A DNA stretch of 64,000 nucleotides, taken from contig NC_134028.1 in assembly GCF_964204645.1 (NCBI RefSeq), forward strand, positions 13,833,653 through 13,897,652, read 5' to 3'. The stretch's first letter is position 1; each line of letters starts with the position of its first letter. Origin of the DNA: Tubulanus polymorphus (Eukaryota > Animalia > Nemertea). The notes under the pieces were generated by a model. That model was not told the origin of the DNA. It saw only the letters and a list, made by a program, of their open reading frames with translations, and ran no database searches. A program made the position numbers and the translations under genes. This document shows positions 1 to 12,894 of this stretch, one piece after another.

Positions 1-2636
1 ATCTGGATTTAGACTTAGTAAAGGTGATAGCTCTGGTAAAATAAGAATAAAATTAGGCAAAGAAGATCAACATCAATTTCTAGTTAAAAAACGTTTAGCT
101 AAAATTTTAGGAATAACTCCAGATGTAAGGATACGTAATTTTGATGCTACATCAAACTTAATACCTTTTACACACTTTTATATTTATTGCAATTTAATTG
201 ATCCTACAAAGACATTTGAACCAACTAAAGATACAATTTGTAATTCTGGTTTATTGAATATTGTGCCACTGAATAATGTTAAAGAATTTGGAACGCAAAT
301 AAACTATAATTTAGCTGAGTGTGACTTTAAGCATTGTATTTTACACTTTAATAATTTGAGATTAGAAATTAGAAATCACAGTGGATACTTAATTGATATA
401 AATAACTTTCCTTTCATATATGAATTAGTTATAAGTTGTAAATAGTAATTAAATTATAGTAAAACAGTAGGGCCGAGTATATCTTTTTGGGGTTGATTTT
501 AAACATCGTAAAGAAATGAGAATAAAACTAAATGATGTTATTACTGATATTAAACGTAAGTAATTTAATAATGCATCAATGATTAATAAAGAAAATTGTA
601 ATATAGAAAAAGTAATTGATTTAATTAAAACATCTTTAGAATATTATGAATTAAATGAAGATGGAATTATCGATGATATTAAAAATAATATTATCTAAAA
701 TATATGATAATCATAAAAGTAGTGATGAAATAAATGTTGAAATAATTATAGATAAGATAACTTAATATTTTGGAGATGGTATTTTTTTTTATTAATAAAC
801 GAGTGATAATTAGTGGATAATTACTGGATTATAAAATGCAGCATTACTATCAGTGGGAACTATTGGTTATACAATGGTATTAGAAAAATTATTTAAAATG
901 GGAAGTATTAATGTTGCTAAATTTGATATAAATGATATTCTAAAATTAACATTAGCAGTAACTTTATCTATTCTAAAATTGATTATTTGGAAAAACAAAA
1001 ATATATTCCTCCTATAAATGCAAAATTTTTGTTAAATAAATGGCATCTGCAATTATAACTATTATAGGATCGGCTATTGTTAACGCTTTAGCATTTACTG
1101 GTGGTGGTTATTTATTTAAACATATTGATAAAAACGGTTCATTATCAGAACAAAAAAGACATAACTTAGCATTAGAAAAATATAATAAAGCAGCAGAAGA
1201 ATATAGAGAAAAAAAGACAAAATTATATGGATTATATTAACAAAGAATTAATATATAATCAGAAAATTTCACATAGAGATTTTTCAATCAGTCGACGATG
1301 CTATGAGTTTATACAACGCAGTAACAAATAAAGAAAAATTACATATATATATAAACCTAAATTATAAGATTATTATACACCAAGTAATGAACAACAGAAA
1401 TATGAAATAATATGGATTTTAGGTGGAACTGTTACTGTAATATTTGTAGCATATATATTTATAGATTAGTAATTTTTTTGCTAAATATATGGATGATAAA
1501 GTTGATAATATTGATATCATTCCTCATGATATAAATAAAACTAAATTGAAAACATATTTGGAAAAACAAATATTAGAATTTGAAAATGATTTAAAAGTTA
1601 AAAACAAAAAATATTTAAACCTAAAATTATATATTATTTTATTATTAGTGGTTCAGTTGCAATTAGTTATGTAATAACATTTCTAGCGATATTCGGTCCA
1701 TTAACACCTTTAGCTATATCAATTGGCGTGCTAGGTTTAAGTTCAAGTGTTTTAACTAAGTTCAAAAAAAATATGAAAAGTAATAAATAAATAATTAAAT
1801 CTAATATAAAAGAAATTAATAAATTAAAAAAAATACACTAGATTATATTATTAGTATAAATGGTAATATTACAATTGAAGAACAAGATAAATTATTAAAA
1901 GAATTAATTAATCATTAATTTTCTTATTATATTAATCGGGTTTCCAAAAGCTTTCCAATATAATTAATCCATTAAATATAACATTCCTGCAATAGATTTT
2001 AATGAAAATATTTCATATAAAAATTAAGTTTTAAATTCATTAATTAATTTAGACATGTATGTTACTGAGACGGAGTTTTTTATTTCTAAAATGGAAAATA
2101 TATTCAATACGTATGAAGTTAATTTTACTCGGGATGAATATAATATATATAAAATAAAATCTAATATGAAATATTGGCAGAATCAATTAAATTTTGATGT
2201 TTATTGTGCAACAAGAGGATGTGGTATAAGTTGGAACAATCATCTTAATAACTTAGATAAAAATTTGAATTAATCTGATTTAAAATCAATTCATACAATA
2301 TTTAGATTTCACACGTATTTTCAAATTAGAGTTATATTAAATGAATAAGAATGTCCTTTACTTGGATCGAAATATTTTAAAGAATTGGATAATAATATTA
2401 ATCTATCTAAGTTTTATAAAATATATAATGAATTCAATATAAATATTAATTCCGATTTTAGAGCGCATGGTAAATTACATGGTGTTGGTGAACAGATTGA
2501 AATAAAAAGAATTGATTATATGCATAGAGTTGGAGCTTATCATAATTATAAAATTTATAATGATAATGGTTGGATTAATTTTATTTTAGACAATAGTGAA
2601 GGTTTTTCCAAGCCTGGAATACAAAGAATAAATCAA
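1..2636 (+). mobile_element. Polinton/Maverick copy A (fragment): 3' part of minor capsid gene, four small ORFs, 5' part of ORF7
   Basis: ORFs 254, 1040, 1489, 2055 and 2385 are decayed homologues of ORFs in copies C (20546-23600) and E (57361-60732), in the same order. Cut at 2636 by an AGTAAT-type terminus. Confidence 0.85.
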
Positions 2637-2735
2637 AGTAATTGGGATAATAGGGGTTCATACCAAAGGTCGAAGGGTCGAAAAATAAATTCTCGCACAC
2701 TCGAATTTATTTTCCGACCCTTCAACCTTTGATAT
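2637..2735 (+). repeat. Polinton-type hairpin terminus (inner arm truncated)
   Basis: Starts AGTAATTGGG. Arms ataccaaaggtcgaagggtcgaaaaataaattc / gaatttattttccgacccttcaacctttgatat flank loop tcgcacactc. Lies at the switch from + strand to - strand genes. Confidence 0.85.
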
Positions 2736-3390
2736 GTTGCGTCAAGTAACCCATTCGGTAAAAGTTTTTCAATTGGAACTTTATTTGATTTAAGTTTACT
2801 AGTTTTGGAAGTTATATTCTGTTCAGAGGTTGTTTCTGTTTCTAAATTATTACTGATTGTTCCAAATAAATCATTAATTCTTTGTTTAAATACTCTTTTA
2901 TTTTTATTTATTTCTGTGTCGGTAACATTTTCTATTTCATTACTATTACTTATTCTTTTAATTCTAGATGATTCTAAATTACTCAAAGTTGATTCTGCTA
3001 ATATTTTGTTTTGATTAGTGATATTGATATAATAATCATCTTTCAAATGATAGTAATATTCACCATCTAAAGATTTTAATTCTTGTACTAAATATGTGGC
3101 ACCTCTATCATTTATATTATATCCAGATCTTTCAAATATAGGTTTGAAATTATAAATATATTCATTATATTCTAAATTTTGTTTTACTAAATCTGGATTT
3201 TCATTTTCAGCATTCATTCTCGATTTAGTTTTTTGTAAATCAAACTGTTGAAGGGGCTTTAGAACCGCTATCTGCTAAATTAGAATTATATGCTGATCCA
3301 TCATCATTATCAATATTAGTTTCATTAAAATCAGGTTGTGGTTCATCAGTTCCAATTTCAGCTTCTCCACCTACTACATACATTTATATC

Positions 3391-4771
3391 TTATAAAAAT
3401 TGAAATTCAAAATTTAATATACCTCCTATTACAATTCCTATACAAGTTATAGCTAATTTAGTATTTTCATGTGATTTATTATCATTATTAGTTTTAATTA
3501 TATCATGTTGGATAATATCAGTTTTTATATTTTCTGCTGTAATGTAATATTTTACTTTAGAATCATTATTTAATTTAATATCCTTAGTTTTAGTTTCTGT
3601 TGATTGAATATATTTTTTTATTTTTTCACCTTCCATTAATTTTGGAGCAGTGATAATCTTTTATATATCATTTAATCCAAACTTATTATGTATTGTTGCA
3701 GTCTTAATTAGATTATTATAACCAATTATATTTCCCATTTTTAACATTAAATCATCAGAAATGATTAATAAATTGGTCCCTAGACAATAATTTAATCTTA
3801 CATGAGATTTATCTAGATTATTTTGGTACCTTACTATGTTTTCTGGAATCGATCTATTTTTATCATTATGAATTGAATCTTCAACTAATAATTTGAATTG
3901 TTTCTGTGCATCAAATGATGTATTAAAATTTCCAATTATTGGGGATCTTGTTTCAACTTGTGCACCTAGAATACATATCAAATAAATTCTTATTGATTGC
4001 TTTATTCTTAGTAAAACCTTCACTGTTATCTAAAATAAAATAAACCCAACCATTATTGTTTTCTTGTTTTAAATTATCACAAAATTTCGGTGATTTATTG
4101 AAATTTAATGTTTCTAAATCCATGTTTTCTATTTTACCATAATCTAATTTATTATTATAGAAATTATAAAAACTATTAGTTGGTATGGGGAGTGCACAAT
4201 ATTGTAAAATATTTTCGTGACAATGAATTGATCTTATTGTTCCAATTTTTGTTCTAAAATCAGAATTATTTATATTTATATTAAATTCATTACAAATTTT
4301 ATAAAACTTCGATAAAATAATATTATTATCTAATTCTTTGAAATATCTAGATCCTGGTAAAGGAGTCTCTAATTCATTTAATATTTATCTTATTTGAAAA
4401 TAAGTATGGAATGTAAATAAACTTTGAATTAATTTATACTTAGAATTATCCAAATGATCATTATAACTAATTCCCCAACCTGTTGTTGCACAATAAACTG
4501 CAAAATTTAATTGGTTCTGCCAATACCTCATATTAGACTTTAATAACCATTGTTTTTCATCTTTCAATTTTTTTAAATTAATTTAATATACATGAAATAT
4601 ATTTTCCATCTTTGCATTAAAATTATTAGTTCCAGTAACATAAATATCTAAATTAATTAATGAATCTAAAACTTCATTTCTATATGAAATATCTTTATTA
4701 AAATCTTTTGCTGGAATATTATATTCAATTGATTTATTATATTGAAAAGCTTTTGGAAAACTTATTGCCAT
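3391..4771 (-). pseudogene. Conserved Polinton ORF7 (C-terminal transmembrane segment), copy B
   Basis: Fragments 4583-4771, 4385-4567, 3661-4023 and 3391-3636 match copies C and E (FPKAFQYNKSI, YWQNQLNFAVYCATTG, LAITCIGIVIGGIL). Confidence 0.8.
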
Positions 4772-6274
4772 TCATATAATAAAAAAATTAATAATTTATT
4801 ATTTCTTTTAATAATTGATCATGCTCTTGAATTGTTATATAACCATTTAAACTTATTATATAATCTAGCGTATTTTTTAAATTATTAATTTCTTTAATAT
4901 TAGATTTTATTTTTTCTTTATTACTTTTTATATTCAATTTTGAACTTATTCCGGTTGAAACACTTTAACTTAATCCTAACGCGCCAATTGATATAGCTAA
5001 AGGTGTTTATGGTAAGAATATTGCTAAAAATGTTATTACAGAACTTATTGTGGCTGAACCACTAATAATAAAATTATATTTAATTTTTATTTTTAACTAT
5101 TTTTTATTTTTACCTTTTAAATAATTTTCAAATTCTAATATTTGTTTTTCCAAATATAATTTTAATTTAGTTTTATTTATATCATGAGGAATAATATCAA
5201 CATTATCAACTTTATCATCCATTTATTTAGAAAAGAAAATTACTAATTAGTAAATTTATATGCCACAAATCAAAACAGTTCCACCTAAAATCCAAATTAT
5301 TACATATTTTTGTTGTTCTTTACTTGGTGTATAATAATCTGATAATTTAGGTTTATACAGATGTAATTTTTCTTTATTTGTTACTGCGTTACATAAACTC
5401 ATTGCATCATCGACTGATTGAAAATCTCAATGTGAAATTTTCTGATTATATAATTCTTTATTGATATAATCCATATAGCTTTGTCTTTTTTCTCTTTATT
5501 CTTCTGCAGCTTTATTATATTTCTCTAATGCTAAGTTATGTCTTCTTTGTTAACCTAATGAACTTTTTTTATCAATATGCTCAAAGAAATATCCACCACC
5601 AGTAAATGCTTAAGCGTTAACAATTGCTGACCCTATAATAGTTATAATTGCAGATGCCATTTATTTAGTAAACAAATTACGCATTTATATAGGAGGAATA
5701 TATTTTTGTTTTTCCAAATAATCTATAGTTAAATTAGATAAAGTAACTGCTAATGTTAATTTTAAAATATCATTTATATCAAATCTATCAACATTAATAC
5801 TTCCCATTTTAAATACTTTTTTAAATACCATTGTATATCCAACAGTTCCAACTGATAGTAATGCTCCATTATATAAACCAGTTATTATCCACTTATTATC
5901 ACTCATTTATTAATCAAAAAAATCACCTTCTTCAAAATATTTAGTTAACTTAGTTATAATTATTTCAACATTCATAATATTATTCGTTTCATTTTCATAT
6001 ATTTCAGTTATTATTTTTTCAATATCATCAATGATAAAATCTTCATCTAATTCATAAAATCTTAGACTCTAATTAAATCAGTAATTTTCTACATTAAAAG
6101 TTTCTTTATTTATTGTTGTTTCATATTCAAAAGTTGTTTCATTATTAATGCAATAATTTTAATATGTGTAATTACATCATTAATATCAAATTTCATTTCT
6201 TTCTCACGTTTAAAATCAAATCCAAAGCATATACTCGGTCCAACAGTTATATTCATCTATATAGTGAAAAAATT

Positions 6275-7015
6275 ATTCTCTACATCTTTTAACTAATTCA
6301 TAAATTACAGGAAAGTTATTTAAATCAATTAAGTATCCATTATGATTTCTAATTTATAATCTAAAATTATTAAATTTTATTAAAGTTTAAAATCACATTC
6401 AGCTGAATTATAACTTGTTTGTAATCCAAATTGTTTACAATTTTTCAATGGTAAAATATTTAATATACTAGAATTACAAATTGCATCATTAGTTGCTTCG
6501 AATGTTTTTACAGGGTCAATTAAATTGCAATAAATATAAAAGTGTGTAAAAAGCATTAAGTTTGGTGTAGCTTCGGCATTACGTATCCTAACATCTAGGT
6601 TAATTCCTAACAGTTTAGCTATAGGTTTTTTAACCACAAATTGATGTTCATCATTAGCTAACTTTATTCTTATTTTATTATTGATATCACTTTTTAAAAA
6701 TTTAATTCCAAATCCAACAGACCCTCCCATTTTTAAATGAGCTCTTTTATTAATTTCTTGCGCTAATGTTTCTAAATTATATAATCCAGGTTCTAAAAAT
6801 AGATGATACCATTTATTCAAATTTCTAGTATGAACTAAAAAAGCTAAATGATCAAGACTTTCATTCAGAAATTGTAAAAGGAGTTACATAAACTTATATT
6901 TACTAATTTTAAATCTACACAATGTTTAAATTCTCTATCTAATTGTACGAGTAAATTATGTGATTTATAATTTTCTAGAATCAACAAATATTCTATATTC
7001 TTTTAATTCTACCAT
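6275..7015 (-). pseudogene. Putative minor capsid (penton-like) protein, copy B
   Basis: FTHFYIYCNLIDP...SSILNILP pattern resembles Polinton minor capsid proteins. Homologues at 13481/20546, 40412 and 60253. Confidence 0.6.
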
Positions 7016-7417
7016 TTATTTTACATATTTTATTCAAAATCTATTTCATGGTGTCCTTTTTCATTTTAACCTTTATATATGAAATAGAAATCACCAGAAC
7101 ATAATTCTTCTAAATCTTCACTAGATAATCTATGAAATCTATCTGGTTATTAAGTTCTGAATTTATATTTATTTCCTTTTAATCCTTTATATTCTAAGTG
7201 AATAACTAATTTATCTCCATATTTGTTAGTAACTGTATCAATATTTGTAATTAGATATTTCTTATGAATTGTTAATTCTGTTAACTTCTTAAATTTGTAA
7301 GCTACTGATTTAGCATTTGTGATATCTTTTATTCTAGAAATGATTTGTAGTTCTCACTGTGTGCTTGTTAACTCTCCATTTATTATACATATTTTTATTA
7401 AAATTCAATTAAAGCCG

Positions 7418-10400
7418 ATTAACATGTTAGAATCCTTTTCATAGTCTCATTCTATTTTGTTTCTTCTCTTTTAAACTTTAAGTATTCATCTAAATTGCAA
7501 CCATAAACGACTGTATGAATTCCATCATCTCAAATATATCTTTTATCGTCAAATGGGTTAAGACTTATCTTCTCTATCTCTTCAATAAACATCTCGTGAT
7601 CTTCAGATCTTAAACATTTCATCTTATGTTTTCTAACTTCTTCATTGAATATACAATTGATGTAATCTTTGAAATGAATATTCTTTTCTACTACACTTTT
7701 GGTAATTCCTTTCAATTTCTTTGATTCATGAGTGTTTGGTGTTATATGAATACATTTTATATCGAATTCCAATAAACTCTATCATTTCTTCACCACCTAA
7801 TTCATCTTTGAATTTATCTGGCACCTTTTTATTATCATTGTTAAACAATTCATGATTTTTAGGATACTGAAATTTTTAGGATACCGTAATCGAAATGATG
7901 TTTTAATGTTTTTAAATTATCTGTTATGTTATTATTTTGTATCTTTAATATGTAATAATCCGTATCAAAATATAAGATTTCTATATGCTTTTCTCCAAAA
8001 TGAGGTTGTAATGCGTTATAGTATACGTCATTCATACATTAATAATTTTGATATTTCTAAAACTGAAGCTCCAACATAAATTGGTTTATTAAATTTCATA
8101 GAAGTTCTTTTCATTTTAACTGCAGCTAAATTTTCATCAAATATTCTGTTACCAATACATTTAGGATATGTTTGTAAATGTCTAATCCTTTTACCATTAC
8201 TAACTAACTCAATATCATTTCTATTTCTAATATTTTCACAAGTCTTACCATAGAATGCATTATTCATTTACTTGAAGAAATCTTTCTCAAAATCAGTTTT
8301 AGCGTTAGTTCTCTGTTTGGTGTTAAAATCTATATATTTTTCTAACCATTTAGATTGACTGAATGAAATATATCTATGTACTTTTTTAAGAATTATTCCT
8401 TGATTCAAATAAAACTTCAACATCCGATAATGTACTACATAATTATATTTATCTTCCTGAGTTACCATTAACTTTTCTGTATGAATATGATTATCGGGTT
8501 TAATTCTTTTTTGATAACTTGATAATTCTTCATGTGTAACAGTTTTATGCTCGGGGCAGTAAGCTAGATTCCTTGATTTAAATTTAATATTTTCAGGGTA
8601 TTCTAAGTCTACAACGACCAGTTACCAGTATCTGAATCATCTGCAATATCTAGGATTCTTTTCTTCTAATCAAATTTATCATAATTTTCATGTTGTAAAA
8701 CTTCACTTATTTCAAATACTCCATAAGGCTGTGGTTCCATCATTGCCCAACCATATAGATTATTTGCATCTATATATAATAACTTATATCCAGGATTATC
8801 ATTTATATTGAAATATCTATCACCTAATACACCTGAAACTCCTCCTCTTATAGATCTTTCAAATAATAATAATTGATCTATATTAGTTAACAAATCCATT
8901 TTTATATCTATAAATTTCAAACCACAATCCCAAGATAATCCTGGACGAGAATAACAATGGCATGGATCAATATTGAAATATTTTAGATTCACATCTCTTA
9001 ACCTTTCATATATATCAGTTAATAACAATACATCTGATTTTAAATATAAATCTACTAATTCACCATGATTTTTCATTCCAAAATTATTCCAAATATTCAA
9101 TGTTCTATTATGAACTTCATCTTTAACATATTTATTTTTTAATTCATCATAGAATTGTTACTTAATAATTCAGTTATATTGAAATCATTATGCGATTTAT
9201 AAAAACTATATGGAATTGCTCCTTTATATCTCATTAATTGAAAATCATCATTATTTGGATAGTGTTGTTTCAATATTTTTAATTCATCATCAACTAAAAA
9301 TTTTGATAAATTATGTAATGAACTGCTTGAAAATCTATATGAGTCTATAAATCTTAGACATCCAAATTGGAAAGATATATAATTCTCAGATGTTTTAGCT
9401 AACATTTTAAATTTACAAGTTGGTATTTTATCTTTTGTTCTATATAAATTTACTCTATCAATTTCATTATTGATTTCTTCTATTTTATGGCATAACTGTT
9501 TGATAAATAGATGTGCATCATACCCTGATAAATTATGAAATATTACTGGAACAAAGTTAATTGTCTTAGCTTGTAAGTTACAGTTCTCATGCGCTGCGCC
9601 TCTAAACTTTCCATTCAAATGATCATGGTCTCTAACTTTTTTATAATTAAATGTCTTTTCACAATAATAACATTTATCAGCAAACTCAAATTCTTCTTTA
9701 TCTTCTTCTGTCATAATTGTTTCTTTATTTGCATCTTATAGTTTACTAAATTTGATATCATACTCAATTAATAAGTCACAAAAATGATTGATCACATTTT
9801 CATTTCTATAATGATAATATTCAATTTCAATTAGTTCTTGATAATCAGATTTTATATATAATCCAAAAGCTGCAGCTGATTGATGAATCTTTTTAATAGT
9901 ATTTGTTATTAGAGGATCTGAATAATCAATTATATCATTTTCAAAATTTATTTCTTTCTTTTATAATATATTTCTTTTCTATCTATCTTGGGATATTTTT
10001 AATTCTAACAGGATAATTATCTATCCTATAATTATTTTCAAATTGTTTATAATTTGTTAATCTAAAACTATGTATAATATCTTCTGTTGGATGTAAGCAA
10101 CTTATAATTGTCTTTAGAAAACATTTATCATCAGAATTTTGTACATTTATCACAGCATTAGTTTTAAATGGTAATTTGATATAAGTTGATCCATTAATAT
10201 TATCATCTTTATAATATGATAAATCATTTTCATCAATTGGTTTTGATTGAGTTAACTTATTATATTTTGTCTTGTATACATAAATATTATTTCATCAAAT
10301 ATTAAACATGATCCTTCAAAATATTTCTCTTCTATTTCACTTTTTATTTCATTATAACATTTATTTAACCCTTTCATTGCTGACTAATTAATACCCTATA

Positions 10401-11297
10401 GTGCTGGAGAAAATTTGAAAATTCTAAAAAATGGGAATACCACTATAGTGCGTGTACACCGCAGTGCGGTGTATCGTTAGTTACTAGTATTTCACTATGT
10501 TTGACACTTTCTGCCATTTTTCAATAGAGATAATTACAAATTACTAATTACATCAATACACCGCAGTGCGGTGTACTAGCAAAATCCATCGCTGATTTAT
10601 ACACCGCACTGCGGTGTAGACGCACTGAAAGGGTTAATCTATCATCTATATGTTGTTTAGATATGAAATGTTGTGAATGAGAATTTATGTCATAAATTGG
10701 TTCATCTTCAGATTTTATAAATTTAACTTTAGAAGATATACTAATTTTAGGGTATTCAACATCTGTAATTATTCTTATAATATTTTTCATATTTTCTAAA
10801 TGCTTTTTATTTTCTTCTACTGTTTTGCCTTTATGAAATTTGAATTCAATTGCAGCTGGTCCAATATCACTTTTAAATGCCTCGGTTATTTCAATATCTT
10901 TTTTATTATCTAATGAATAAATATAATTTCTAACATTTTCCATATATGATTTCTTAGTATTTAGAGTATCTTTTATTCTTTAAATTGTCTTCGGTTTATT
11001 ATTATCATTATCAAAATAATCTTCACCTAAAATAACATTATTCATATTTCTAATATGACTTTTAGATTTTAAATGTTGTTCATAATATCTTTTTTCACTG
11101 AATGATTGATTACATGTGTCACATTTATTTATTTCTTTTTCATTCTTTAATTCATCTAATTTAGTTTCTAATATATCATCTTTATATTCTAACTTTTATT
11201 TATTTTCTAATTGGGATTTAGTTTTATTGTGTCTTGCTTTTTGAGATTTATCTATATCAATTTTACATGTTGAACAGTAGTACTTATTTGCTTCCAT
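7418..11297 (-). pseudogene. Protein-primed DNA polymerase B (pPolB), copy B
   Basis: Exonuclease FHNLSGYD; polymerase motifs YIDANNLYGWAM and MNNAFYGK; EndoVII-like CYYCEK..RDHDHLNGKFRGAAHENCNL; fragmented reading frame. Confidence 0.93.
10369..10633. mobile_element. piggyBac-type MITE (265 bp) in pPolB
   Basis: TTAA at 10365-10368 and 10634-10637. TIR CCCTTTCA(T/G)TGC. The homologous site near 36721-36745 lacks the insert. Confidence 0.88.
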
Positions 11298-11339
11298 TTT
11301 AATATCAAATTTTTTATTAAAATTGAACATAACACTTAC

Positions 11340-11645
11340 CTCTCAACGCGTCCCGCCGCCACGTATGAGTCCCACCACGTGTGCATCCCTCCTATTTATA
11401 CTACTCAACAGTGGGGAAAACCCAGCTGCGTGTTGAGGCTTGTAAATTATGAGGCTTGTGATTGGCTAGAGTAATGGGGAATACTCAACTGTGATTGGAT
11501 AGATTAATACTCAACTGTGATTGGCTGGAATTACTCAACTGTGATTGGCTTATGTAGTTTTCTAGATGGATGGTTCTAGAATCAACATGTATTACGCAAT
11601 ACTCAACGTGTTGAGGCTTGTAAATTTATGAGACTTGTGATTAAA
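11340..11645 (-). promoter_or_regulatory. Putative Pol II promoter of pPolB: TATA box plus repeated CCAAT boxes
   Basis: TATAAATAGG on the minus strand at 11391-11400. Four tgtgattgg (CCAATCACA) repeats at ~11457-11550. About 100 bp upstream of the ATG at 11297. Confidence 0.6.
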
Positions 11646-11649
11646 TAGA

Positions 11650-11772
11650 AGTAAATAGGGTTTTAGTTGTTCTATAACAAAGGTTGAGGGGTCGAAAAAT
11701 AAATTCGAGTGTGCGAGAATTTATTTTTCGACCCTTCGACCTTTGGTATAGAACAACTAAAACCTTATTACT
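11650..11772 (-). repeat. Hairpin terminus of copy B
   Basis: AGTAAATAGGGTTTTAGTTGTTCTATA...TATAGAACAACTAAAACCTTATTACT: near-perfect palindrome with loop gagtgtgcga. Confidence 0.9.
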
Positions 11773-12894
11773 TCGGGCCACTGTGTCCCGAGAAATATCA
11801 CCCTTCAGGTGATCCAACAGCGGAATAAATAACCGCTCCCGCGAACCCCTCTTTGGAGCAGATCGATCTAAATAGAAACACAACGCCCGCACAGGACATA
11901 ATGTCCTGACCGGAAGACCCGGTTCCACTCGATGTTATAGGACTTCAATTCGCCATTGACGACCAACCGAACCTGGTCGTTGGTTCTTTGCCAAAAACTC
12001 CAAAGCAGGCCGCAGCGAAACAAATTCCTTCGCTGGCCCGAAGACAATATGACCTTGTCGCACTGAAATCGCATGAATCTCAGAGCGACGGGCCGAGCAA
12101 GCCAAGAACAGCAAAAATACAGTCTTTTTTGACAAATTCGCAAATGACGCTGCCGCAAGAGGTTCAAATGGAGCCTCCATTAACTTCTTCAAAATTACAG
12201 ACAGATCCCATGGTGTAACTATCCTCGGTACCCGAGGCCGGGAAATAGAAAACCCTGCAACAAGCTGGGATATCCGATGATCCCCTGTTACATTTGGCCG
12301 TCCAGAAGCACGCAATGTATGAGAAATCGCGGAGCGGTAACCTTTAATAGCTATAACCTGCAAACCTTTTACTACAAAAAGGTGCAGTAAAAAATATACC
12401 AATTGTGCTACAGAGGGTGAGCATGGATCAATTTCCCCTGCAGCACACCAATCCGCAAAATGACCCCATTTGGCATCGCAAATGGTACTTGTTGATGGCC
12501 GCTTAGATCCTGCTATAAAGGAGGCAGCCTGTTCTGAAAAGCCTGAAGCTGACAAGGATCGCTGGACAATGGCCAGGCGAGCAGATTCAACCACTGGCTG
12601 CTTGGATGATGCCGAAAGTTCCCCTGAGACAGAAGCGATGAGAAATTCGGAAGAATCTTGGGGTTGTCGCACAGTAGTTGAGAAGTGGTAGGAACCATTT
12701 CTGAGCCGGCAAACATGGTGCTACCAGAACTATGTTGCAATTGACTGATCTCTCTATTTGATCCAGCAAGCGCGGGAGGACTGGTGTGGGCGGGAACGCA
12801 TACGCATGCATCCCCGACCAGTCCTGAGAGAAGGCATCGACCCCCCCCCCCCACGCTTCCACGTCTGGAACGGGAAACAAACAGAGGACACCTC
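11773..12894 (-). mobile_element. DIRS retrotransposon, 3' part (methyltransferase-like domain and tyrosine recombinase, truncated)
   Basis: GC-richer segment. YR motifs FLLFLACSARRSEIHA, FLAKNQ, LCPVRAL, RLFI. VDAFSQDW..YAFPP of the DIRS MT domain. Continues at 37936 across the copy C insertion. Confidence 0.92.
11935..12672 (-). CDS. DIRS tyrosine recombinase (frameshifted; continues ~11773-11928)
   Basis: SAM-like N-terminal region (KWGHFADWC, IKGYRSAIS) and catalytic-R region ARRSEIHA. Confidence 0.88.
   Translation of the reverse strand: MRQPQDSSEFLIASVSGELSASSKQPVVESARLAIVQRSLSASGFSEQAASFIAGSKRPSTSTICDAKWGHFADWCAAGEIDPCSPSVAQLVYFLLHLFVVKGLQVIAIKGYRSAISHTLRASGRPNVTGDHRISQLVAGFSISRPRVPRIVTPWDLSVILKKLMEAPFEPLAAASFANLSKKTVFLLFLACSARRSEIHAISVRQGHIVFGPAKEFVSLRPALEFLAKNQRPGSVGRQWRIEVL

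Larger units (their letters stand above)
2736..11772 (-). mobile_element. Polinton/Maverick copy B (partial): terminus, promoter, pPolB, ORF1, minor capsid, ORF3-ORF8
   Basis: Collinear with copy E (56750-64000). Ends in hairpin terminus ...TTATTACT at 11772. Many stops and frameshifts. Confidence 0.9.

Noticed and set aside
2805-3014. Hydrophobic antisense ORFs (also 22024, 24341, 30604, 53824, 53909, 55893, 60485)
   Set aside because: Reverse-strand shadows of A-rich genes, lacking the element's start context.
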